From contig NC_016070.1 in the NCBI RefSeq assembly GCF_000253055.1, forward strand, positions 1,770,001-1,802,000: DNA of 32,000 nucleotides, written 5' to 3'. This DNA is from Thermoproteus tenax Kra 1 (GTDB lineage Archaea > Thermoproteota > Thermoprotei > Thermoproteales > Thermoproteaceae). The notes beneath the pieces were generated by a model that was not told where the DNA came from, did not search any database, and saw only the letters and a program-made list of their open reading frames with translations. Positions within the stretch are counted from its first letter, which is position 1; every line of letters begins with the position of its first letter. Positions 17,235 through 25,902 of the stretch are shown here, in pieces. A program made the position numbers and the translations under genes.

Positions 17235-17764
17235 TGGATCTCCTCTCCATCGTAGATACGCTTTGTCAGATAAAGAGGATCGGCTGGCTCCAGCGCGGCG
17301 TCGATAACGCTGAGAACGTCTGTCAACACTCGGTACTTGTCGCGCTGTTGGCCGGCGAGCTTGCAGCGGAGGCCAAACGGTATGGAATGAACATAGACCC
17401 GGCCGAGGCAGTAGCAGTAGGCCTCATACACGACATAGCCGAGGCCGAGCTGGGGCATCCAGGCAACGGCCTGAGGTCTACGATTCCGTGGGACCAGATA
17501 GAGCTTGAGACGTTCGAGAGGCTTTATCCACATCTGGCCGACTTGTTCGCCAAATATAGGAGGGGGGAGGGCGACCTCGGCAGACTGGTCAACTTCGCAG
17601 ATAAGTTGGCCACTCTGATCAGAGCGTGTAGCTACGCTAGGAGGGGCTACCCCACAGACGACCTAGTGAGAGCCTTTGTAGATAGACTGTCTAGGTACCC
17701 GGAGCCCTATCCCCAACTGTTGAAGCGATATCTGGCTGAGTATTGTCCAAGTGTTCAACTCTGA
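17234..17764 (+). CDS. HD-domain hydrolase (YfbR/HDDC2-like)
   Basis: NVCQHSVLVALLAGELAAEAKRYGM, GLIHDIAEAELGHPG, LVNFADKLATLIRA. Confidence 0.88.
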   Translation: MDLLSIVDTLCQIKRIGWLQRGVDNAENVCQHSVLVALLAGELAAEAKRYGMNIDPAEAVAVGLIHDIAEAELGHPGNGLRSTIPWDQIELETFERLYPHLADLFAKYRRGEGDLGRLVNFADKLATLIRACSYARRGYPTDDLVRAFVDRLSRYPEPYPQLLKRYLAEYCPSVQL

Positions 17765-18269
17765 CGGTCTCCGGCCTCCAAGGTATCACGAGGCTTTTGC
17801 CCTGAGGGTCCTCTATCACCAACGTGAAGCCCCCCTCCTCTATCGCCCTCTGCACTTTCCGAATAAACTCGTCAACTTTATCAGCGCTTTCTGGCTCGAG
17901 GGCCCTTAAACTCTCTGCGTAGTCTATGGTCTTCATCAGGAAGCCTTCAACCGTGGTGATGAAGGGCTCGCCGTGGAGCCCGGGCTCCAGGGAGAAGCCG
18001 AGCTCCGGCGATTTGATGGAGCCGGTCTTGGATCTAACCAAGAGCGATTTGGCCACATCCATTCCATTTTCAGCCTTGAACACCACTCTAGTCGGAGAGC
18101 CGGCGTCGGCGTAATCTACATCGAAAAATCGGTAGCCGCACGACTTGCAAACTCCCACGGACACCACAAGGTTGCCGTAATATGGCGCCTCGTATAGGAA
18201 CTCAGTATAGTGGAAGGTCTCGGCGCCACACGCCGGACATCTGGTCACAATCTGGGTTACTACAGACAT
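17691..18269 (-). CDS. ZPR1-type zinc finger protein
   Basis: TRCPACGAETFHYTEFLYEAPYYGNLVVSVGVCKSCGYRFFDV, and ITTVEGFLMKTIDY. Confidence 0.85.
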   Translation of the reverse strand: MSVVTQIVTRCPACGAETFHYTEFLYEAPYYGNLVVSVGVCKSCGYRFFDVDYADAGSPTRVVFKAENGMDVAKSLLVRSKTGSIKSPELGFSLEPGLHGEPFITTVEGFLMKTIDYAESLRALEPESADKVDEFIRKVQRAIEEGGFTLVIEDPQGKSLVIPWRPETVRVEHLDNTQPDIASTVGDRAPGT

Positions 18270-18339
18270 AAGTATGCCGTGTGCAGGCTATTTTAAGCTG
18301 AGCGGGCGCTTCTTTAAATACCACTATTTTGAGCGACGT

Positions 18340-18612
18340 ATGGCAAACAAGGTGGACAGACTCGCCTTGGCCATAGTGTTGGTAGCGGCCGCGCTCACAG
18401 CGTTGTTTCTGCAAGGCTTCTGGTCCTTGGTGTTCAGCCTTTCTACGTGCGGCGATCTGCTCTGGTACACCGTCCTGGCCGTCGCCATGGCCGTAGTTGT
18501 TTTCTATGCCTACGAGCGTAACAGCCAGCTTATGTGGGGCTTCGCCGTAGTGCTTCTGTTAGTTTACGTCATCGTCATGTTATTGGCCGTTCAATCGCCG
18601 CCTCCGTGTTAG
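18340..18612 (+). CDS. Small multi-pass membrane protein, hypothetical
   Basis: Start moved from 18274 to ATG 18340 given TATA-like CTTTAAATA at 18312-18320. Three hydrophobic segments. Confidence 0.65.
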   Translation: MANKVDRLALAIVLVAAALTALFLQGFWSLVFSLSTCGDLLWYTVLAVAMAVVVFYAYERNSQLMWGFAVVLLLVYVIVMLLAVQSPPPC

Positions 18613-19321
18613 GCTTGATAACGCTACATCCGAGGGGCTCTCTGCCCTTGACGAGGCTCTGCAAATCGCTTGAGGAGTCTATAGAGCAGTAATACACGGG
18701 TATCCCCAGGGCTGCAATAGTAAAGCCCGCCTCTACCTTCTTCGCTATTCCGCCCGTAACATCTATGCCGGCCGCCCCTCCCGTCACGCCTCTGTTGATC
18801 TCCTTAAGCTTCACTGCGCCGGGAGTGCCCGGGGGCGCCGTGTATATGCCGTCAACGTCCATTAGGAACACGACGGCTTCAGGCTTGTAGACGGCGGCCA
18901 GCTCAACGGCTATGTCGTCGCCGCTTAGCACTACATAGCCTTGGTCTGAGGGGACAACGTCACCATGTAATAGCGGATACATGCCGTTCGATAGCGCGAA
19001 ATCCAACGGCTCTCTTCTCACAAGTCTTTTGCCCCAGAAGATCTCGCTGGGCTCTATAGGCATCGCGTATATCCCGGCGGCGGCCAGATCCTCTACGACT
19101 AGTGATGTCTGGCGCCTCAGAGCTGCCTTAGTGTACGCTATACCTGCGGCGGTGAGTCCGAAAGTTTTAACGTGGGGGTGGGCGAAGGAGCCTGCGCCAT
19201 GGATTATTACTGCCTTCACGCCGGTGAGGGCCCGCGCGGCGCCTCTGAGGCGCCCCCAACGATATGTGTAGGGCTTGCTCTTGTCGGTTATCGCAGAGCC
19301 GCCTAGTTTGACTATTATCAT
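18575..19321 (-). CDS. ipk: Isopentenyl phosphate kinase (amino-acid kinase family)
   Basis: [64 protein letters not shown]. Next to polyprenyl synthase. Confidence 0.92.
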   Translation of the reverse strand: MIIVKLGGSAITDKSKPYTYRWGRLRGAARALTGVKAVIIHGAGSFAHPHVKTFGLTAAGIAYTKAALRRQTSLVVEDLAAAGIYAMPIEPSEIFWGKRLVRREPLDFALSNGMYPLLHGDVVPSDQGYVVLSGDDIAVELAAVYKPEAVVFLMDVDGIYTAPPGTPGAVKLKEINRGVTGGAAGIDVTGGIAKKVEAGFTIAALGIPVYYCSIDSSSDLQSLVKGREPLGCSVIKPNTEAAIERPIT

Positions 19322-20325
19322 CAGAACTGCCTCTGTACTATAAAGGCCGCTAAATCCTCCAAGTCTCTGCTCGACGGAAGCCTCGCAAGCTCTCTGAGGG
19401 CCCTCTCTCTATATCTATCGGCAAGTTGTAGCGCCCTCTCCTTGGCGTTAGTTCTAGCCAAGAGCTCGACGCCCCTCCTCGCATCTGCATCGGTCACTGA
19501 GGGTTTCGAGAGTATGCCCAAGAGCTCCGAGCGCGATCCCTCGTCGAGCTCTTGGAGGCCTAGCAACACAGCTATGTTGCCCCTCTTGTGCTCCTTTATG
19601 TCCTTACCGATCTCTTTGCCGAACTTAGCGGGGTCTCCAAATATATCCAACACATCGTCCACTATCTGGAAGGCGATGCCGGCGTTCATGCCAAAATTCC
19701 ACGCGGAGTCCCAGAGCGACTTGTCCTCAGTTGCGCTCATTGCCCCGAACTTGGCCGACGCTGCTATCAAGACGCCTGTCTTCAATGAGACCATCCTAAT
19801 GTAGTCGTCTAAGGACACGTTCTTCCACCTAGCCGATATAAAGTATGGATCATCTCGCCCAGCCATCTCGAAGAGTATATCCAACCTCTCCCCCTCATCT
19901 ATGGCCTTTATAACCTTGGCGACCTCTCTGGCGAACTCGAGAGGCCTCGGCGTATCCAGCACGGCCTCCTCTATAGCCTCTCTGTACCAGATCCCTATCA
20001 ATATCGCAGCATAGTCGCCGAACGCCTTCCTAGTTGTGGGCTTCCCCCTCCTTAGATCTCCTCTATCGATTATATCGTCGTATATAAGGCTGTAGTTGTG
20101 TATAAGCTCTACGATCGCCGCCGCAGGCAGAGCCCGTTTGAAGTCCCCCGATATGGCCTCCGCTGTGGCAAGCGTCAAGAGAGGCCTTAGCCTTTTCCCG
20201 CCTGTAGCTATTTGATATATCACAGCATCCTTAAACTCTGCCGATAGATCTATTGAAAGATATTTAATAAGGTTGTCCTCTACATATTTACCATATTTCT
20301 CGGTCAATCTATCTAATACGTCCAT
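19321..20325 (-). CDS. Polyprenyl synthetase (probable geranylgeranyl/farnesyl diphosphate synthase)
   Basis: [33 protein letters not shown] (DDxxD-like), [13 protein letters not shown]. Confidence 0.93.
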   Translation of the reverse strand: MDVLDRLTEKYGKYVEDNLIKYLSIDLSAEFKDAVIYQIATGGKRLRPLLTLATAEAISGDFKRALPAAAIVELIHNYSLIYDDIIDRGDLRRGKPTTRKAFGDYAAILIGIWYREAIEEAVLDTPRPLEFAREVAKVIKAIDEGERLDILFEMAGRDDPYFISARWKNVSLDDYIRMVSLKTGVLIAASAKFGAMSATEDKSLWDSAWNFGMNAGIAFQIVDDVLDIFGDPAKFGKEIGKDIKEHKRGNIAVLLGLQELDEGSRSELLGILSKPSVTDADARRGVELLARTNAKERALQLADRYRERALRELARLPSSRDLEDLAAFIVQRQF

Positions 20326-20416
20326 ATCTCGGCTCTATCTATAGGTTAAATGTATTCCCCGCGCGGCGCCGTCAATACCACAATAAAGATTTAAACGAGA
20401 ACAATAAACCAGACAC

Positions 20417-20710
20417 ATGTTGTTGTTCATAACGGGCCAGGACTGGCTTATAATCCTCATAGCCATCGTGATTTTGCTGATATGGGGTCCCTCCAAATTG
20501 CCGGCGTTGGCGAGGGGGCTGGGCCAGGCCCTGCACGAGTTCAGAAGGGCCTCGCAAGGCGTTGTGACGTCTGAGGACGAGGAGACTAAAAAGCTCATGG
20601 AAGTAGCCAAAAGCTTGGGCATCAACACTGAGGGAAAGACCAAGGAACAGATACTAGAGGAGGTCAACCAGAAGGTGAAGGAGATGAACAAAAAGATAGC
20701 TATAGGCTAG
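20417..20710 (+). CDS. tatA: Sec-independent translocase TatA/B-like protein
   Basis: DWLIILIAIVILLIWGPSKLPALARGLGQALHEFRRA. TATA-like GATTTAAACG upstream. Confidence 0.9.
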   Translation: MLLFITGQDWLIILIAIVILLIWGPSKLPALARGLGQALHEFRRASQGVVTSEDEETKKLMEVAKSLGINTEGKTKEQILEEVNQKVKEMNKKIAIG

Positions 20711-21500
20711 CTTTTTTGAGCCCTACGGCCCTCTTGATCCCCTCGCTGATCAGCTTAAGCCTCTTGTTGTCCACGGCCAGATCGTCTATCACGTGGGCGG
20801 CCATAGAGAAGAGGCCGTTCTCTAGATATACTCTCAGCTCCTCCCACAAGACCTCTCGTGAACCTCCTTTTATATATTTCAAGAGCGGCGGCTCCCACTC
20901 TATGCGGAGATCCCTAGTGAACACCTCGGCGTAGCTTTCCTCATCTGTCGATAGATCCTCTCTGAAGTTTATATTTTTAAGAGCCCGGGGAGGAATAGAG
21001 TGCTCTACAACGCTTAGGTATGTCACTGAGCTGGAAAGCCTGAATATATCGTCCAGCCTGCCGCCCCTCTGCCTGAGGAACGGCAGCACCTTTTTCAGAT
21101 CGGCCGGCTCCGCCTTGAATATGTGGGACTCCACCAAGCCGTTCGGCGCTACAAAAACGGCGGTCCCCCTCTGCTCAAGGAGAGCCGCAAAGACCTCCCT
21201 TGATATGAAGGGTACATCGCAGGGGGCAAACAGGAGAGTATCGCTGAGTCCGGCGACTGCGGACGCCACGGCGGCCACAGGTCCCGAGAACTCCGGGTCG
21301 TCGTCTATTGAGGGAAATCCCTCTATCTTATTGCGGCCCGGCGCGACGTAGACGCGGCTCACTAAATCCCTCGCAGCATCGGCCACGCGGTATATCATCG
21401 GCCTGCCCTCAACTGGGTAGAGGCACTTGTTCACCCAAGGCTCTCCGGGCCTCTGGAACCTCCGCGAGAGACCGCCGGCGAGGATCACTAGGACGGCCAT
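20700..21500 (-). CDS. mobA: MobA-like nucleotidyltransferase with C-terminal extension
   Basis: VLVILAGGLSRRF...NKCLYPVEGRPMIYRV, LLFAPCDVPFISREVFAALL. About 80 extra aa at the C-terminus. Confidence 0.7.
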   Translation of the reverse strand: MAVLVILAGGLSRRFQRPGEPWVNKCLYPVEGRPMIYRVADAARDLVSRVYVAPGRNKIEGFPSIDDDPEFSGPVAAVASAVAGLSDTLLFAPCDVPFISREVFAALLEQRGTAVFVAPNGLVESHIFKAEPADLKKVLPFLRQRGGRLDDIFRLSSSVTYLSVVEHSIPPRALKNINFREDLSTDEESYAEVFTRDLRIEWEPPLLKYIKGGSREVLWEELRVYLENGLFSMAAHVIDDLAVDNKRLKLISEGIKRAVGLKKASL

Positions 21501-21506
21501 AATAGT

Positions 21507-22121
21507 CTATACGTGAAATAAAACGCTAATTGCTAAATATATAAAGTAGACCCCAAAGGATGCCAGAGTCACTGTTGAGAAGGTCTTGATAATGAGCCAT
21601 GTGGCACCGCTGTTGATCCTCCAGCCGGCCCTTACGGCGGCTGGGAACGACACTATCCATGTAGCTATTGCGGCAAAGAGGCCGAGGGCCCAGAATATCC
21701 CAAAGGAGTTTATAGAGCTCAGGCCCACCGTCAGCCACCAGCCAAGCTGATAGGGGTTGCCAAGGCCCAAGGTTAATCCCAAGAGGTATCCCTTTAGAGC
21801 CCTCTCTTGTTTCACTTCGTTGGAGGTCTGAGGAGGCCTTGATATCGCTATCCTCCAAGCTATATATATCAAGAATGCAGCTCCCACGAGATATAAAAGC
21901 GCTATATACCTGGAGTTGACCGTTGCCAAGAGAAAATCGTAGAGGCCCACAGTCATTAACATGAAGAGGAAGTCCGCCGTCATGGCGCCTGCGCCGACTG
22001 CGACGCCGTGTCTGAGCCCTCTCAAAGACCACGCCGCTATTAGCGCGTTCATAGGACCGGGAGGCACTGCGAGACTGTAGCCCAGGAGCAGACCTGCGGC
22101 AAGTTGGGCTGGCCAACTCAT
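21507..22121 (-). CDS. LysE-family transporter
   Basis: GYSLAVPPGPMNALIAAWSLRGLRHGVAVGAGAMTADFLFM, GLTLGLGNPYQLGWWL. Confidence 0.88.
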   Translation of the reverse strand: MSWPAQLAAGLLLGYSLAVPPGPMNALIAAWSLRGLRHGVAVGAGAMTADFLFMLMTVGLYDFLLATVNSRYIALLYLVGAAFLIYIAWRIAISRPPQTSNEVKQERALKGYLLGLTLGLGNPYQLGWWLTVGLSSINSFGIFWALGLFAAIATWIVSFPAAVRAGWRINSGATWLIIKTFSTVTLASFGVYFIYLAISVLFHV

Positions 22122-22633
22122 AGCTCCACGACCTCAGCCCTCAAGCCGTCCGTCTCCAACATCACGGCAGTGCTTCTGCCCGTTAGATAGCCGCATAGCT
22201 CGCCGGGGTTTAACACCAACGTTCTACCGTCCCTTCTCACATCAAGCTTATGGGTGTGCCCGTATACCACTACATCGAATAAGCCAGACTTGACCATTGA
22301 CTCAACGATTATGGGAGAGGTCCCGTGATAGACGCCTATCTTGACTCCGCCTATTTCGACAGACCCAGCATCGCCCAATATCTCTACGCCGAACTGAGAG
22401 GACACTTTCTGGAAGTAGAGTCTCTCTCCCTCGTTATTTCCCCAGACTCCAAGGATTCTGACGTCTTGTCCCAACGCCTCCCTAAACGCCTTCGCTGAGA
22501 ACGGAGAGACCCAATCGCCTGCGTGTATGACCAGACTCGCGCCCGCTCTTTTGAAAAGCTCGGCGACCTTCCTTATGGCATATATGTTGTCGTGGCTGTC
22601 TGAAACTACGCCTATCAGCACGGCCCTTCCCAT
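22118..22633 (-). CDS. YfcE/MJ0936-type metallophosphoesterase
   Basis: GVVSDSHDNIYAIRK, VIHAGDWVSPF, GVWGNNEGE, GVYHGTS, VYGHTHKLDVRRDG. Start trimmed to ATG 22633. Confidence 0.92.
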   Translation of the reverse strand: MGRAVLIGVVSDSHDNIYAIRKVAELFKRAGASLVIHAGDWVSPFSAKAFREALGQDVRILGVWGNNEGERLYFQKVSSQFGVEILGDAGSVEIGGVKIGVYHGTSPIIVESMVKSGLFDVVVYGHTHKLDVRRDGRTLVLNPGELCGYLTGRSTAVMLETDGLRAEVVEL

Positions 22634-22683
22634 CTCCGGATAATAAAGTATCGCGTTATTTTTTAACGCCAATAAGTAAGCCC

Positions 22684-24141
22684 ATGGACTCAAAGGTGGC
22701 CGAGTGGCGCAAGTTGCTCCAGACGTTGCGCGGAGCCGGGATAGAGCCGTATCCCCACGCGTTCCAAGTCAGCCATCCCATAAAGACTCTCGGCGAACTC
22801 AGGAGACAAGCTTTGTTGGACGCCTGGCTCGGCTTAAGGATTCGTACAGCAGGGAGAGCCACCGACATTAGGAGGCACCCCAACGTAGTGTTCATCGATC
22901 TGTACGAGGACGGCACGCGGTTTCAGGCCATGGTGGATCCCAAGGAGCCTCTATTGGAGCACATCTGGCGGGGAGACTACGTGGGAGTTGAGGGCATAAT
23001 TGTAAAGACCCAGCGTGGCGACTACGCAGTTAAGGCGGAGGGACTTTACCTTCTCTCCAAGGCTGTGCAATCTCTGCCAGAGTGGGGCAAGGCCGACCGA
23101 GAGAGCCCCTTCTACATGAGGCATCGCGCTGTGGCGATGATCCTCGATCCGACTCTCAGATGGCGGATCTATACTAGAGCCCGCTTGATCCAAGCCTTCC
23201 GCGAGGCTATGTGGCGCAGAGGCTTCGTCGAGATACCGACACCTGTGCTCCAGCCGATCTACGGAGGCGCGGCGGCAAGGCCGTTCATTACGAAGATCTG
23301 GGCTATTGACGAGGAGTGGTACCTCAGAATATCGCCAGAGCTCTACCTCAAGAGGTATATAATAGCAGGCTTCCCCAAAGTTTTCGAGATAGGCCCCCAG
23401 TTCAGAAACGAGGACATAGATGCCTTGCATAACCCAGAGTTCTGGTCGCTAGAGGCCTATCAAGCTTACGCCGATTATAACGACATGATGAAGCTCATGG
23501 AGGAGACGACGTACGAGGCTCTGACGTCTGTCCTAGGCACGCCCATCGTTAAATACGGCGATACGACGATTAATTTCTCTCCGGGATGGAGGCGTATTAC
23601 TCTGACGGATGCCCTGAGGGAGTATGGAGGATTTGATCCAGACAAGGCGACGGACGACCAACTGAAGGACAAGCTCAAGGAGCTCCAAGTCCCGCTTAAG
23701 ACCTACAGCAGAGGCCTAGCCCTTGTTAAACTCTTCGAGAAATTGGCTGAGAAACACTTGATACAGCCGACGTTCGTAGTAGATTACCCCGAGGAGTCGA
23801 CCCCCCTCTGCAAGCCTCACAGGGCGAAGCCGGGTCTCGTGGAGCGCTTCGAGGCCTTTGCAGGAGGCCACGAGATAGCCAACGCCTATACAGAGTTGAA
23901 CGACCCAGTGAAGCAGTACGAATTCTTCAAGAGGGAGGAGGAGCTGTTTCCAAAGGACGAGGCACATCCGCTTGACTACGACTTCGTCGAGGATCTCTCC
24001 TTCGGGATGCCGCCCACTGGCGGCATCGGCATAGGCATAGACCGGCTAGCGATGATAGTCACGGGGGCTGAGTCTATCAAGGACGTGATACCGTTCCCAA
24101 TAGTCGCCAGAAGGGCTCTGCCGGAGGACGTTGAAAAATAA
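22684..24141 (+). CDS. lysS: Lysyl-tRNA synthetase, class II
   Basis: PVLQPIYGGAAARPFIT, LRISPELYLKRYIIAGFPKVFEIGPQFRNEDID, GGIGIGIDRLAMIVTG motif 3. Confidence 0.9.
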   Translation: MDSKVAEWRKLLQTLRGAGIEPYPHAFQVSHPIKTLGELRRQALLDAWLGLRIRTAGRATDIRRHPNVVFIDLYEDGTRFQAMVDPKEPLLEHIWRGDYVGVEGIIVKTQRGDYAVKAEGLYLLSKAVQSLPEWGKADRESPFYMRHRAVAMILDPTLRWRIYTRARLIQAFREAMWRRGFVEIPTPVLQPIYGGAAARPFITKIWAIDEEWYLRISPELYLKRYIIAGFPKVFEIGPQFRNEDIDALHNPEFWSLEAYQAYADYNDMMKLMEETTYEALTSVLGTPIVKYGDTTINFSPGWRRITLTDALREYGGFDPDKATDDQLKDKLKELQVPLKTYSRGLALVKLFEKLAEKHLIQPTFVVDYPEESTPLCKPHRAKPGLVERFEAFAGGHEIANAYTELNDPVKQYEFFKREEELFPKDEAHPLDYDFVEDLSFGMPPTGGIGIGIDRLAMIVTGAESIKDVIPFPIVARRALPEDVEK

Positions 24142-24226
24142 GCTATATAGAGTTTAGATTCGTTGAGACTTGCCCTGCTGACTCACGTCGGATGCAGCCG
24201 CTGGACGTAAGGGCTTTATCCGAAGG

Positions 24227-24277
24227 TATGACCCGCCTCCCCGCCCTAAGGGGCGAGGCATTCTGTTTGCCATGTCA
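24227..24277 (-). repeat. Dispersed element copy 2, IS200/IS605-right-end-like
   Basis: Minus-strand TGACATGGCAAACAGAATGCCTCGCCCCTTAGGGCGGGGAGGCGGGTCATA. Confidence 0.65.
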
Positions 24278-24334
24278 TAGTCACCCGCGCTCCCCGAGAA
24301 GTCGCCTAACTCTTCGGCGCTCGTCTAGACCGCT

Positions 24335-25900
24335 TCAGCGGGTAACTAACCATAGCGCGTAGACCAACAAGAGCAAGAGCGCCATTGCGCTCAATGCCAA
24401 CGTCCACATGTGGACCAAGAGCGCGTATGTGGCCACGGCTGCCACAACGCCTATATAGGAAAGCTCGGGGGCCAAACTCTCCTTGAAGCTCAACTGGGTT
24501 GATCCCTTGGGCGTGACCCTCCACGTTATTGAGTCGCGGAAGAACCCGGCCACCATATAGACAAACGCAGTGACGTTTATCAAGAGGGCTATCAAGGCGT
24601 TCTGGGCCGTCAGAGCCAACGACTCCGCGAGGCCACGCCCCTCTGAGCGGGCCAAGGAGGTCGTGTAGTACAACAGTATAAAGGTCAGTGAAGCTGACGC
24701 CAGCTCCAAGGCGAGCACAGGCAACGGCGGAATTAAGTAGCCCGTATAGGTGGCCACGAGGCCCATCAGAGGGAGGAAGAGGCTAGTTGCTACTATCAAC
24801 GGGTGTTGTAATATTGTCAAAATCAAGCTGGCCCTCTCTCGGAGGGGCAGAGGCGCCTCCAATATGCGGGCCACATACTTCCTAGCTATATAGGACGAGT
24901 TAAAGACCCATCTGGCGAACTGTTTTCTGAAGGCGAAGTATGTCGCAGGTATTTCCACCGACACGGGGACTCCGCCGTCGTAGACCACGCGTCCCCCCGA
25001 CAATAGAACCTTTAGGGAGATGTCGTAGTCATCTGCTACACAGTCGCAGAAGCCTCCGACTCTTTTAAGCAAGGACTTCTTTATCGCTATTCCCGACCCC
25101 AAGGCCAACAGCACGTCGCCGGTAAGGGCCCTCCCTAAGTACGCGCCGTACAATAGAAAGTATCTATAAGTGAACTGTAGGGCCCTCCCCAGCCTCGTGA
25201 AAAGCGATGTGTAGCCGTCCCAGCCGAGAAAGAGCAGGGTGTTATCATCTATGGCGCTGGCCACTCTAACTGCGGCATCTCTAGGGATTCTGCTGTCGAC
25301 GTCCAGGAAGACGAGCACATCGTGTTGGGCCCTCTCGGATGCCCAGTTGAGCGCCGAGCCCTTGTACCGACCTCCAGAGTCCCTCCTCAGAGCCCTCGCG
25401 CGTATGCCGAGCTCTCTGGCCGTTGCCTCCACCACCGCTTTCAATTTGGCGAAATAGCCCTCGTCGTCGTCTGAGACCACCAACACCTCGAATGAGTCTC
25501 TGGGATAGTCCAAATCGGCGAAGCGGAGCAACATAGAGTATATCACATCCAACGGCTCGCCCTTCACAGGCACTATGAACGACATCGGGAGGGGGTCTGA
25601 AGAGACGAGGGCCCTCGCGCGCCCAACTGATCTCATGTTTTTAATAACAGCTCTATAATATTTTATAAATTTAAAAATAAGAAGAATGTTTAATACCATT
25701 AAAAAAGAATAAATAATATAAATAATTAAAATATCAATACTTGGTATATTTGGAGCAACAGGGGACTTACAACCTTGGATGAACTGACTAGAGTTTATAC
25801 ACGTGGCCACACTGTTGCCGGCAGCCCCTATCTGTCTGCTGATGTTGTGGACGTACTTAGTGATATTCGGCAGAACTGTGATATTCAAGGGCAACTCCAC
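24335..25900 (-). CDS. Membrane glycosyltransferase, GT2 family
   Basis: MSFIVPVKGEPLDVIYSMLLRFADLDYPRDSFEVLVVSDD, FLDVDSRIP, and RKQFARWVFNS (R/QxxRW-like), plus N- and C-terminal TM segments. Confidence 0.85.
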   Translation of the reverse strand: MELPLNITVLPNITKYVHNISRQIGAAGNSVATCINSSQFIQGCKSPVAPNIPSIDILIIYIIYSFLMVLNILLIFKFIKYYRAVIKNMRSVGRARALVSSDPLPMSFIVPVKGEPLDVIYSMLLRFADLDYPRDSFEVLVVSDDDEGYFAKLKAVVEATARELGIRARALRRDSGGRYKGSALNWASERAQHDVLVFLDVDSRIPRDAAVRVASAIDDNTLLFLGWDGYTSLFTRLGRALQFTYRYFLLYGAYLGRALTGDVLLALGSGIAIKKSLLKRVGGFCDCVADDYDISLKVLLSGGRVVYDGGVPVSVEIPATYFAFRKQFARWVFNSSYIARKYVARILEAPLPLRERASLILTILQHPLIVATSLFLPLMGLVATYTGYLIPPLPVLALELASASLTFILLYYTTSLARSEGRGLAESLALTAQNALIALLINVTAFVYMVAGFFRDSITWRVTPKGSTQLSFKESLAPELSYIGVVAAVATYALLVHMWTLALSAMALLLLLVYALWLVTR

Positions 25901-25902
25901 AG

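Noticed and set aside
17926-18197. Plus-strand ORFs opposite ZPR1, and similar shadow ORFs opposite por, gor, rpiA, gatD, lysS and apgM
   Set aside because: All are antisense to strongly supported genes. This is expected in GC-rich coding DNA.
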